The position numbers and the translations under genes are program-made. The notes below the pieces were generated by a model. That model did no database searches, was not told where the DNA came from, and worked only from the letters and a program-made list of their open reading frames with translations. A stretch of 64,000 nt of DNA from the IMG/VR virus record IMGVR_UViG_3300031857_000106, positions 1-64,000 of that record; one strand, 5' to 3'. Of this stretch, positions 18,395-26,363 are shown one piece after another; the stretch's first letter is position 1; each line of letters opens with the position of its first letter. This DNA comes from an uncultured virus (IMG/VR IMGVR_UViG_3300031857_000106) (lineage: Duplodnaviria; Heunggongvirae; Uroviricota; Caudoviricetes).

Positions 18395-18470
18395 CGTAGG
18401 GTAGAGCAGATGGTAGCTTGCGAGGCTCATAACCTCGAGGTCGTGGGTTCGAGTCCCACCCCTGCAACCA
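18395..18470 (+). tRNA. tRNA-Met(CAT), initiator-type, with encoded CCA
   Basis: C1:A72 mismatch (CGTAGGG/CCCTGCA); CGAGG-CT CAT AA-CCTCG; ends ACCA. Confidence 0.92.
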
Positions 18471-18471
18471 A

Positions 18472-18545
18472 GGTCTTGTAGCTCAGTTGGTTAGAGCGCT
18501 TCCTTGACATGGAAGAGGTCACCGGTTCGAATCCAGTCGAGATCA
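18472..18545 (+). tRNA. tRNA-Val(GAC)
   Basis: GGTCTTG/CGAGATC acceptor; CTTCC-TT GAC AT-GGAAG; TTCGAAT. Confidence 0.92.
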
Positions 18546-18566
18546 CATTTTATTCCTTGAAAAACC

Positions 18567-18594
18567 GAGTCCCGATTTCTATCGGGGCTTTTTT
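18567..18594 (+). terminator. Rho-independent terminator after the tRNA cluster
   Basis: GAGTCCCGAT-TTCT-ATCGGGGCTT followed by TTTT. Confidence 0.8.
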
Positions 18595-18681
18595 CGTAGA
18601 AGTAAACTTTTCGTACCCTTTGCATATAACTTGCATGAAACATTTTTCTTTTCATCTTCTTTTTTCTAAAATTGTTCAAGA

Positions 18682-19092
18682 ATGAGGAAGATCAGCCTAA
18701 AATATAGATTGAGGAAGTTCAGAGTCAGATTTAGAAGAGTCTGGGACTTCGCTACTCTGAACAGCAAGCGGTACCGCTTGGACGGTGACATTGATCTAGC
18801 AGTGAAAATTGTGATCAAGATGATGGTCAAAGAGGGATGTGAGATCAGGTACTCACAGATGCAGGGATTCTTCCACCTCAATAGGGGTCACCTCTACGCT
18901 AAAATTTCTGAATCCACTGTCACCATCATCAATGGAAAATATGCTTATGAGCTCATGCTTCCGCCTCAAATAGGATACGACCTCTATTCTCGGATCAAAG
19001 CGACAAATGAGAGGCAGCTGCTTAGAGCTGAAAGAGAACACCGAGAGAGGATAGAAAAGTCACTGCAGGGGATTTATGAAAGCTTAGACTAA
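18682..19092 (+). CDS. Hypothetical protein
   Basis: ORF track, 136 aa. Confidence 0.6.
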   Translation: MRKISLKYRLRKFRVRFRRVWDFATLNSKRYRLDGDIDLAVKIVIKMMVKEGCEIRYSQMQGFFHLNRGHLYAKISESTVTIINGKYAYELMLPPQIGYDLYSRIKATNERQLLRAEREHRERIEKSLQGIYESLD

Positions 19093-19103
19093 CAAATTGA
19101 AAT

Positions 19104-19307
19104 ATGAAAAATTCAGAAGAAACTAAAGTCTATCACAAACAGATGATTGAGATGGCTGAGGAATCAAAAAAATTCATCAAAATTCCAGCAGATCAGATAC
19201 TCAAAGAAGAGGATAATGAGAAGCTGGGAGCGTGGATCAGAGCCCAGATGATGAAGAAGATTTCAGACTGTAACGCACACATCGATCACGTCAAAAGTTT
19301 ACAATAA
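19104..19307 (+). CDS. Hypothetical protein
   Basis: ORF track; tight gene packing. Confidence 0.6.
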   Translation: MKNSEETKVYHKQMIEMAEESKKFIKIPADQILKEEDNEKLGAWIRAQMMKKISDCNAHIDHVKSLQ

Positions 19308-19318
19308 AAACCAACCAC

Positions 19319-19573
19319 ATGTCAGATTATCAAGAAAGGCCGAACCGTAGTAGAGACGAATTCAGCAGAGAATTCGATCGAAGAGACGACACAGTTTCTC
19401 TCAGAGAACAGTTGAAAAAATGGGGGACGCCGGAAGAAAAGAAAATGATCGCTGAGATCGAGAGAAAAGAAGAAATTGCAAGAGAAAAGAAGAGACAGTA
19501 CCGAGGAGACGAGCCTGAAAAACTCAACATCGTACCTGACTTTTCAAAGCACGACGTTAAGAGAGATTGGTAA
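19319..19573 (+). CDS. Hypothetical charged protein
   Basis: ORF track; tight gene packing. Confidence 0.6.
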   Translation: MSDYQERPNRSRDEFSREFDRRDDTVSLREQLKKWGTPEEKKMIAEIERKEEIAREKKRQYRGDEPEKLNIVPDFSKHDVKRDW

Positions 19574-19595
19574 CTAAATTTTAAGAACAAACAAT

Positions 19596-19838
19596 ATGGC
19601 GTACATTGACGTAGAAGTAGAAGACACCATCGACATCTCGGTGCGGAAATTTTTCAGAGAGATGAGCGATTCAGAAAAAGATGAAATGAGAAACCTCCTC
19701 GGAGTGAAAAAGCCGATGGAACCCTCTTTCATCGATGACGATTTCGATCGAGAAGTAACAAAATTGGCTGGTAATCGTTGGAGACTCACCATCGAAGACG
19801 AGGAAACAGTATTAAAAATAGCGAAGAAAATCGTATGA
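19596..19838 (+). CDS. Hypothetical protein
   Basis: ORF track; ATGA overlap with the next gene. Confidence 0.6.
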   Translation: MAYIDVEVEDTIDISVRKFFREMSDSEKDEMRNLLGVKKPMEPSFIDDDFDREVTKLAGNRWRLTIEDEETVLKIAKKIV

Positions 19839-20860
19839 TAGGACTCACCGGGATCCACTCCTTCGTCACAGATCCGAAGAAAGATGTGAACCATCCCAAA
19901 AAGTATTTGGAGCACGTGCTCCTCACTCAGCTTCTCAGCGCATGGTGTTGGAAACAGACCAACGGTCCGATCCACCTCTACACGACTCCGGCAGATGCTG
20001 AATTTCTCGAAAGCATGAAGATGCTCGACATCTACGACCACGTAGATACAGAGGTCCTCTCTTCAGTGGACGACATTCCTTGGGACGAGTTTGGTCCGGC
20101 TTGTAAGATGAAGGTTGCATCATCGCAGAAGAAATTTCCTTTTGCGACTATCGACAATGATCTCATCTTCAGGACTCCTCTCGAACCACACCTCCTCAAT
20201 TCAGATCTCACTTTTCTCCACCGAGAAGTCTTCCTCCACCGGAACTATCCTCCGCTGGAATACCTGGGGAAGAGAGAAGGTTATGAATTTCCCTCTTTTC
20301 TCTCGAAGCAGGTCGATCCGATCAATGTCGGTTTCGTCATCTGGACCAATCCCCAACTCCTCAGAGACTATTGGTCCTACGCTCACGATTACATGAGGGA
20401 GAACCGCGGCGAGAGCATCCAACCTGAATGGGCAGTTCCAGGACTTCCTAAGTTTTGGAAGAGCCTCTTCGTCGAACAACGGATGCTGCCGGCTCTCATC
20501 GAGAGGGACAATTACCAGGTGGTCTCACTCTTCCCACTCAGATACTCTGGAGACATTGATGTCTGGGTCGATAGGAAGGGAGAAAAGAAAGACTTTGAAA
20601 AAGAGCAGCAGGAAACCGGAATCGACTTCTACCACATGTGGGGCGAAAAGAACGTCTACTATAATTTGAATCCGCCTTTCTGCGGAGGTAACCAGATCAG
20701 GACTCTGTACAGGTTGCTTCAGACTGCTGATGAGACGAAAGACGATCAAGTCCTAGCTGCAGTCGATGAGATCGTGCTCTTCACGATCCAAAAGACTCAC
20801 GCAATGGGGCTCGAAGATTTTTATGAGCTGAGAACATCAATAAGATACTTGTTAAAATGA
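19835..20860 (+). CDS. Putative GT-A-like glycosyltransferase (paralogue family member)
   Basis: SAWCWKQTNGPIHLYT, IYDHVDT, PFATIDNDLIF, INVGF, VEQRML; start taken at ATG 19835. Confidence 0.6.
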   Translation: MIGLTGIHSFVTDPKKDVNHPKKYLEHVLLTQLLSAWCWKQTNGPIHLYTTPADAEFLESMKMLDIYDHVDTEVLSSVDDIPWDEFGPACKMKVASSQKKFPFATIDNDLIFRTPLEPHLLNSDLTFLHREVFLHRNYPPLEYLGKREGYEFPSFLSKQVDPINVGFVIWTNPQLLRDYWSYAHDYMRENRGESIQPEWAVPGLPKFWKSLFVEQRMLPALIERDNYQVVSLFPLRYSGDIDVWVDRKGEKKDFEKEQQETGIDFYHMWGEKNVYYNLNPPFCGGNQIRTLYRLLQTADETKDDQVLAAVDEIVLFTIQKTHAMGLEDFYELRTSIRYLLK

Positions 20861-21624
20861 AAATAATTACTCACACGAGCAGGACAGACAAAGAGTGGAG
20901 CTCCCTCTGCATCGAGTCCCAAAAAGAATTTGCTGAAAAGAGAGGAATCGAACACCGAGTCTATGAGAACCTCGACATCGACGGTAGATCAAGCGGATGG
21001 GCTCGCTTTAGAGCAATGCAGGGAATGCTCATCGGCACTCCTGTCGGCGAAGGCATCGTCTGGATGGATTCGGATCTCATGGTGATGAACCACGATTTTG
21101 ATCTAGCAGCGATGGTAAGTGAATTTGAAGCTGACAAGCACACTGTGGCCTGTGCCTTTGCAGTCGGAGGCTCATTGGACCTCAGCCTCATCTTTTTTAA
21201 GAACGTGATCGATGCGAGAGTGCTCTTCGATTTTGGTTGGGATGTGGGCAAATCTGAAGCACAGGGAGAAAGAAGAGACAAGCTTTCATTTGAGCTCATG
21301 AACATCCTCTCTCCCAGAAGAATCCAATTTGTCAATCCGACAGGGCTCCTCTCTCACTGGTACCCAAAATCACCCATCGGTTTCTACAACCACCGAATCG
21401 ACAGCGAAGAAGGAAAGCTCGGGCTCTTCACGATGAAAAAGCCGAAAGAGATGCTCGAGGGTTTCAACGACCTCTACGTTCCAGGGACCTTTGCAGTCCA
21501 CCTCAGAGAGAAGGGACCAAGCCTCCTCCAAGTCTCAAAAGAGTTCAAACGTTACCGAGAAGGTTTCATGGAAAGCGTCATTGAATCGAGATCTCTGGCG
21601 AGAGATTTGGGACCTAAACAATAA
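20857..21624 (+). CDS. GT34/MNN10-like glycosyltransferase
   Basis: KEFAEKRG, R.SGWAR, IVWMDSDLMVMN, FAVHL. Confidence 0.6.
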   Translation: MKIITHTSRTDKEWSSLCIESQKEFAEKRGIEHRVYENLDIDGRSSGWARFRAMQGMLIGTPVGEGIVWMDSDLMVMNHDFDLAAMVSEFEADKHTVACAFAVGGSLDLSLIFFKNVIDARVLFDFGWDVGKSEAQGERRDKLSFELMNILSPRRIQFVNPTGLLSHWYPKSPIGFYNHRIDSEEGKLGLFTMKKPKEMLEGFNDLYVPGTFAVHLREKGPSLLQVSKEFKRYREGFMESVIESRSLARDLGPKQ

Positions 21625-21632
21625 CATTCTAC

Positions 21633-23369
21633 ATGGTAGTAATATATGTGACCAGAAATCTGGACCAATACCAGAAGACATTAGATTACACGAGAAGCAC
21701 TTTCGTTGAAGGTATTAAGTACCTAATTATCCCGCCGACAGAGGCTAGAGGCGAGGTTTTATTTCAAGATGCAAGGATCGAATCTCCCAGCACAGCTGAC
21801 AAGGGTCTACAGGAGATTCTGTACGAAACTGTCTTATCTTTGGCTGAAGATGAGATTCTCTTCGTTCCAGAAGGCAGGTTCGTCTCACCTGAATTTTTTA
21901 ATAGAAGCATTTCGAGGACTCTCTTCTACGAAGAAGAAGGAGATTCTTGGGGAGCTCTGGTGGAAAAAGGAGAGCTCTTCCCTACTGGGAAAAGACACTT
22001 CGATTGGATCAATCTCCAGAGCCTTGATCTTCCCAGAGAAGACTTTTCTCTCTTTCCTAGGATTGAGTCTCTTCAGAAAAAAGCTGCTCTGCCCAGGATC
22101 CTGGTCTTTGGTGACGAGAACGTGCAGTTGAAAAGCATACCTACGCCAGGAAGTTACGAGTCAGATGAGCTCGAAGTCTTTTCTGCTTATACTTCAAAAA
22201 ACGCAAAGAAGCTCATTTCTGAGCTCGATCCTGACGTGATCCTCACGCTGGGAGAATCCTACAAGCTCTACCCTGAGCTCGAAAAGATGCCCTCTTGGCT
22301 GAAGCACCGCTGGATCCACGAGAACAAATTGAACGAGACGACCGGGCAGAGATGTTACGAGCACGCTCTTCACATAATGACTCAAAAGGCAGATGAGTAT
22401 CCTCTGATCAGCATCATCACGCCTGTCAGAAACATCGGTGAGAAATTGAGACAGACTTATGAGTCTGTAGCGGCTCAGACTTGGTGGAACTGGGAATGGA
22501 TCCTCGTCAACGACGGAGACGACGAGATCACTGATCAAATAGCAAGAGAAATCTCAGCACAAGAGCCTAGAGTGAAATACTACGACATCAAGCCTCGATC
22601 TCAAAACAGAGTCGGTGAAGCGAAGTTCAGAGCCTTTTCTCTTTCTGAAGGAGATTTCTTGGTCGAGCTCGATCACGATGATATGTTGACTCCCGAGGCA
22701 ATAGAACTCGTGGCTCTCGCTTTTGAAAAATACCCCAACGCTGGCTTCTGCTACTCTAACTATGCCGAGGTTGACGTCAATTTTAACGACCTCTCTTACG
22801 GTGGAGATTCCTTTGCTTACGGATACGGTCTCTACACGAGCTTTCACAGAGAAGGGAAATACCACACCGAGCAGCACACACCTCACATCAACCCAGTCTC
22901 GATCAGGAGCAATGTGGCAATGCCTAACCACCTCAGAGCTTGGAGGAGATCGACTTATTTTGAGATCGGAGGCCACAGCCGCAGAATGTCAGTGATGGAC
23001 GACTTGGACATCATCATCAGAACATTCCTCAAGACTGAGATCGTGAAGATCGATTGGATGTGTTATTGGCAGTTCTATTTTGGTCTCTTCTACAACGAGA
23101 GCTCGACTACTAACACGCAGAACCTAGTCCGAATGGACATTCAGAGAAGAGCGAGAACTCTCTGTAACATTTACAACGAGAGGATCAGGGATAGATTTGA
23201 GAAGGATTTCGACCTCATCGATTGGGCCTACGAACAGAATCCTAGTGATCCGAGAAACATTTCACCGGTCCACGGATCGGGAGAGAACAGAGTGAACTAC
23301 GTTCTCGATAGAGAGACCATCGAGAAACACCTTTACTATAGAGGGCTGAAGAGCGTTTATAAAAGCTAG
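21633..23369 (+). CDS. Glycosyltransferase family 2 with N-terminal extension
   Basis: PLISIITPV, SVAAQT, WEWILVNDG, GDFLVELDHDDML, GGH...DDLD. Confidence 0.85.
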   Translation: MVVIYVTRNLDQYQKTLDYTRSTFVEGIKYLIIPPTEARGEVLFQDARIESPSTADKGLQEILYETVLSLAEDEILFVPEGRFVSPEFFNRSISRTLFYEEEGDSWGALVEKGELFPTGKRHFDWINLQSLDLPREDFSLFPRIESLQKKAALPRILVFGDENVQLKSIPTPGSYESDELEVFSAYTSKNAKKLISELDPDVILTLGESYKLYPELEKMPSWLKHRWIHENKLNETTGQRCYEHALHIMTQKADEYPLISIITPVRNIGEKLRQTYESVAAQTWWNWEWILVNDGDDEITDQIAREISAQEPRVKYYDIKPRSQNRVGEAKFRAFSLSEGDFLVELDHDDMLTPEAIELVALAFEKYPNAGFCYSNYAEVDVNFNDLSYGGDSFAYGYGLYTSFHREGKYHTEQHTPHINPVSIRSNVAMPNHLRAWRRSTYFEIGGHSRRMSVMDDLDIIIRTFLKTEIVKIDWMCYWQFYFGLFYNESSTTNTQNLVRMDIQRRARTLCNIYNERIRDRFEKDFDLIDWAYEQNPSDPRNISPVHGSGENRVNYVLDRETIEKHLYYRGLKSVYKS

Positions 23370-23755
23370 AGTCTTCCCTGAGAATTTACTGAGAGACAAT
23401 CATTACGATCGATCATCATCCAATGACCGCCGATAAGACCGAAAATATCGAGGTGGTCTTTTACTGTCTCAAGATCAAAGCACTTACAAGAATAAATGTC
23501 GAATTGAAAGAGATATGGGTGAACGCTGTCCCAGATGTGGATGCTAGCGTGAGAAGTGGCCAAAGTCACTGTCCCAGTAAGACCTTCGTTGCCAGGAGCG
23601 TCGACGTAGACGGACGTAGGACCGCCGACGACTTCCATGTTTACTTTATGGACGAGGTCTATGAACCATTGGTTAAGTACTGAAGTCTCACGTGGAGGGT
23701 TTTGAAAGTAACCCTTGATGAGGAGATGCTGATGGAAGGGCACAAATGTGTCCAT
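23366..23755 (-). CDS. speD: S-adenosylmethionine decarboxylase proenzyme (SpeD family)
   Basis: HLLIKG, GLTGTVTLATSHASIHIW, FDIYSCK; likely start MDTFVP at 23755. Confidence 0.8.
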   Translation of the reverse strand: MDTFVPFHQHLLIKGYFQNPPRETSVLNQWFIDLVHKVNMEVVGGPTSVYVDAPGNEGLTGTVTLATSHASIHIWDSVHPYLFQFDIYSCKCFDLETVKDHLDIFGLIGGHWMMIDRNDCLSVNSQGRL

Positions 23756-23865
23756 TAGATGTCTTATTTGTTTATATTTAATGAGAAATTGCAAAGAAAA
23801 TGACATCTTGAGATTTTATTTTCTCTTTTCAGCAAAGATTTCTATCTTTAGAAAACTTTAGAAAC

Positions 23866-24123
23866 ATGACACTAGAAGAATTAAAAGAACTACCTGCACA
23901 CACGGTGTTCGCAACCGGAATCTCTAACAGCCCAAGGCTCCACAAAGATCAGGTCCGTTGGGTTGCGAAGAGAGGCTATATTCACGACTGGGCAGTCTAT
24001 TACTCAACTGCTGATAAAACGGTCGAAGAAATTACGAAGTGGGGCAGCAAAATCCACTCCTTGGATCTAGTTAAAGAACTCGTGGTTTGCGATGAGCCAA
24101 TGATTAAAATGTACAGACAATGA
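23866..24123 (+). CDS. Hypothetical protein
   Basis: ORF track. Confidence 0.6.
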   Translation: MTLEELKELPAHTVFATGISNSPRLHKDQVRWVAKRGYIHDWAVYYSTADKTVEEITKWGSKIHSLDLVKELVVCDEPMIKMYRQ

Positions 24124-24386
24124 AAAAAGCACTAGAGAGAGTCGGGATCTTTTTTCTTTTCGTAATCTTCCTTGTTTTTCTAGGCGGATTCTATCTAGGA
24201 ACGAGATACACAGACAACAAAATCGGCGTTGATTCTCTGCAACACAAAGTCGACAGCCTCCACGACGAGAACTTTATAATTGGAGTCGAACTAATGAGAT
24301 GGGAATCCACGATCGATTGGTACCGAGAAGCAAATCCCAAAGAGGCCAAAAGGCTCGAAGATTGGAGATCACAAAACACTGAATAA
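24120..24386 (+). CDS. Hypothetical membrane-anchored protein
   Basis: N-terminal hydrophobic helix followed by a short coiled segment. Confidence 0.6.
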   Translation: MKKALERVGIFFLFVIFLVFLGGFYLGTRYTDNKIGVDSLQHKVDSLHDENFIIGVELMRWESTIDWYREANPKEAKRLEDWRSQNTE

Positions 24387-24880
24387 TGACTACAAAAGAG
24401 ATCATAGCTAAATATCCTAAGATCTTCCAGCCGTATGAAGGCAATCCAGAAAATGTGAACTGGTACGGAGTACCAAAAGGCTGGCTCTGGGTGATCGACT
24501 CTCTCTGCGCATCGATCCAGAACTATTGCGATTCATCCATCTCAAAGATGAATCCCGATTACGTAGAAGGGTCTGTCTACGATAAAGAAGACACAAAGAC
24601 TCACAGATACTTACAGATTCCTCGAGAACAGGTGGTCTGCGTTCAGATGAAAGAAAAGTTCGGAGGGTTGAGGTTCTACACTGACGGACACAACGAGACA
24701 GTCGAGGGAATGATCAGAATGGCTGAGCAGATCTGTTCAGAAACTTGTGAGACTTGTGAGACTCGTGAAGGCGTAGGCTACACTCGAGGTTGGATCACGG
24801 TCCGTTGCAGAGCTTGTGCCGAGGAGGCCGGAAAAGAATGGGTAAGCACTGAAGATTGGAAAGCAAAAATAAAGATATGA
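24386..24880 (+). CDS. Hypothetical phage protein with Cys cluster
   Basis: QMKEKFGGLRFY...CETC...GWI...CRAC. Confidence 0.7.
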   Translation: MTTKEIIAKYPKIFQPYEGNPENVNWYGVPKGWLWVIDSLCASIQNYCDSSISKMNPDYVEGSVYDKEDTKTHRYLQIPREQVVCVQMKEKFGGLRFYTDGHNETVEGMIRMAEQICSETCETCETREGVGYTRGWITVRCRACAEEAGKEWVSTEDWKAKIKI

Positions 24881-25356
24881 CAAAGACGAAGAAAAAGAAA
24901 GAAGAGAAGAAAGAGCTCAGCCCGAAAGAGATCGCTTGGAGCGTCTTTCTAGAAGACTACGATGATCCTGAGATCGAGAAGCGGTACGAGGGTTTCATCA
25001 AGAATTTAGAATGGAAGAAGAAGAGACACGACGATCTCGTCGGACCCCTCGATGAGACGATCGAAGAATATGAGGCATTAGGAGAGATCCTCTCAGGTCT
25101 GGTGAAACAGGGTCACTTTAGCTATGAGAATGACACTCTCATACCTAAGTTGAAAGAGCTCGAGAAAAAGGCTGATGAGATGAGGGTTGAGATCATGGGA
25201 TTGAAAGCAGACTTTAACAAAGAACACACGCTGATCAAGAAATACGAGGACGCTGCAGAGAACAAGCTCTTCTACCACTGGAGGTATTTGAAAGCGTTCG
25301 ATCCCGAAGTTCCAGTCTGGACAGAGTTCAGAGCAAAATGGTCTAAAATCTTTTAA
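24877..25356 (+). CDS. Hypothetical coiled-coil protein
   Basis: Start at the ATGA overlap (24877). Confidence 0.6.
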   Translation: MTKTKKKKEEKKELSPKEIAWSVFLEDYDDPEIEKRYEGFIKNLEWKKKRHDDLVGPLDETIEEYEALGEILSGLVKQGHFSYENDTLIPKLKELEKKADEMRVEIMGLKADFNKEHTLIKKYEDAAENKLFYHWRYLKAFDPEVPVWTEFRAKWSKIF

Positions 25357-25404
25357 AAAGTTTCAAAAAAGTTTCATTTTATTTTTTATGTCGTGTTTTT
25401 TTAT

Positions 25405-25412
25405 TAAATTTG
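25405..25412 (+). promoter_or_regulatory. Bacteroidota-type -7 promoter box (TAAATTTG)
   Basis: Matches TAnnTTTG in an AT-rich intergenic region 25 nt upstream of ATG 25437. Confidence 0.55.
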
Positions 25413-25436
25413 TATATCACAAAACAATAACACCAC

Positions 25437-25622
25437 ATGGCAACATTCAAGCTAAGACAGGACTACTATGGCAACAAGGACTATGGTAAACGCGCATTCT
25501 ACCTTCTCGATGAGAACGGTAACCAAACACACGATTTCGTCTTTATCGACGAAGTTGATGAATGGGCGGATTCGATGAGATCGGAAGGACACACAGTTGA
25601 AATCGAATACTCAGAAGAATAA
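25437..25622 (+). CDS. Hypothetical protein
   Basis: ORF track. Confidence 0.6.
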   Translation: MATFKLRQDYYGNKDYGKRAFYLLDENGNQTHDFVFIDEVDEWADSMRSEGHTVEIEYSEE

Positions 25623-25677
25623 CTAACACGGGGTGGTGGACAACCACCCCATTTTTCAATCTAAAACTCACACCACC

Positions 25678-25968
25678 ATGTCAAGAGGAACAGACTTTAA
25701 AATCATCACACTCTCCAACAGAGAAACAGACGAAGAAGTAGACGTTTACGTACGTTACAGCTGGTACTATGCACCAGGCGTCCACACGATGCCTAACGGA
25801 GATCCCGGTTATCCCGACGAAAGCGAAATCGAGATCAAGGACTTCCACCTCAGCGAAGCACCTAACGATCCCATTCCCGATTGGGTCGACGAAGGAATGA
25901 TAGAAGAAGCAATCTGGGAAGCCGGAGATGTCTTCACACAAGACTCAGATTACGATTTTGACTACTAA
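25678..25968 (+). CDS. Hypothetical acidic protein
   Basis: ATG 25678; NGDPGYPDE segment. Confidence 0.6.
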   Translation: MSRGTDFKIITLSNRETDEEVDVYVRYSWYYAPGVHTMPNGDPGYPDESEIEIKDFHLSEAPNDPIPDWVDEGMIEEAIWEAGDVFTQDSDYDFDY

Positions 25969-25980
25969 ACGCTCATTCAG

Positions 25981-26316
25981 ATGAATATCGAAATACTTTC
26001 AAACTCTTCAGCAGCTAACGGAACATCTTTTCACGGTCAGATGTTCTATGCTACACCGCAGCAGCTCACCGACATCTTCGGTCCAGCTGAATACATCTAC
26101 AATGACGGGGAGGGCAAAGTCAACTTTGAATGGACTTTGAACTTGGTCGATCCAGAAACCGAAACTGAAAAGCCCTTCACCATCTACGACTGGAAAGAGT
26201 ACAGAAGGCTTTCAATGGACGAAAAGATAGAATGGCACGTCGGAGCACACGACAGCTACACAGGTCTTCTCGCTCGAATTGCTATCATTGATGCACTAAC
26301 TCCAAACGCTTCCTGA
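25981..26316 (+). CDS. Hypothetical phage protein
   Basis: GTSFHG, KVNFEW, FTIYDWK, EWHVG. Confidence 0.7.
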   Translation: MNIEILSNSSAANGTSFHGQMFYATPQQLTDIFGPAEYIYNDGEGKVNFEWTLNLVDPETETEKPFTIYDWKEYRRLSMDEKIEWHVGAHDSYTGLLARIAIIDALTPNAS

Positions 26317-26363
26317 TCTAACTCTTTTCTCCAAAGATAGATATGCCAAAGCAATAATTAGTT

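Noticed and set aside
18155..18481. 108-aa ORF, plus minus-strand ORFs 4026-4325 and 18215-18430
   Set aside because: They overlap clear tRNA genes and show no protein motif
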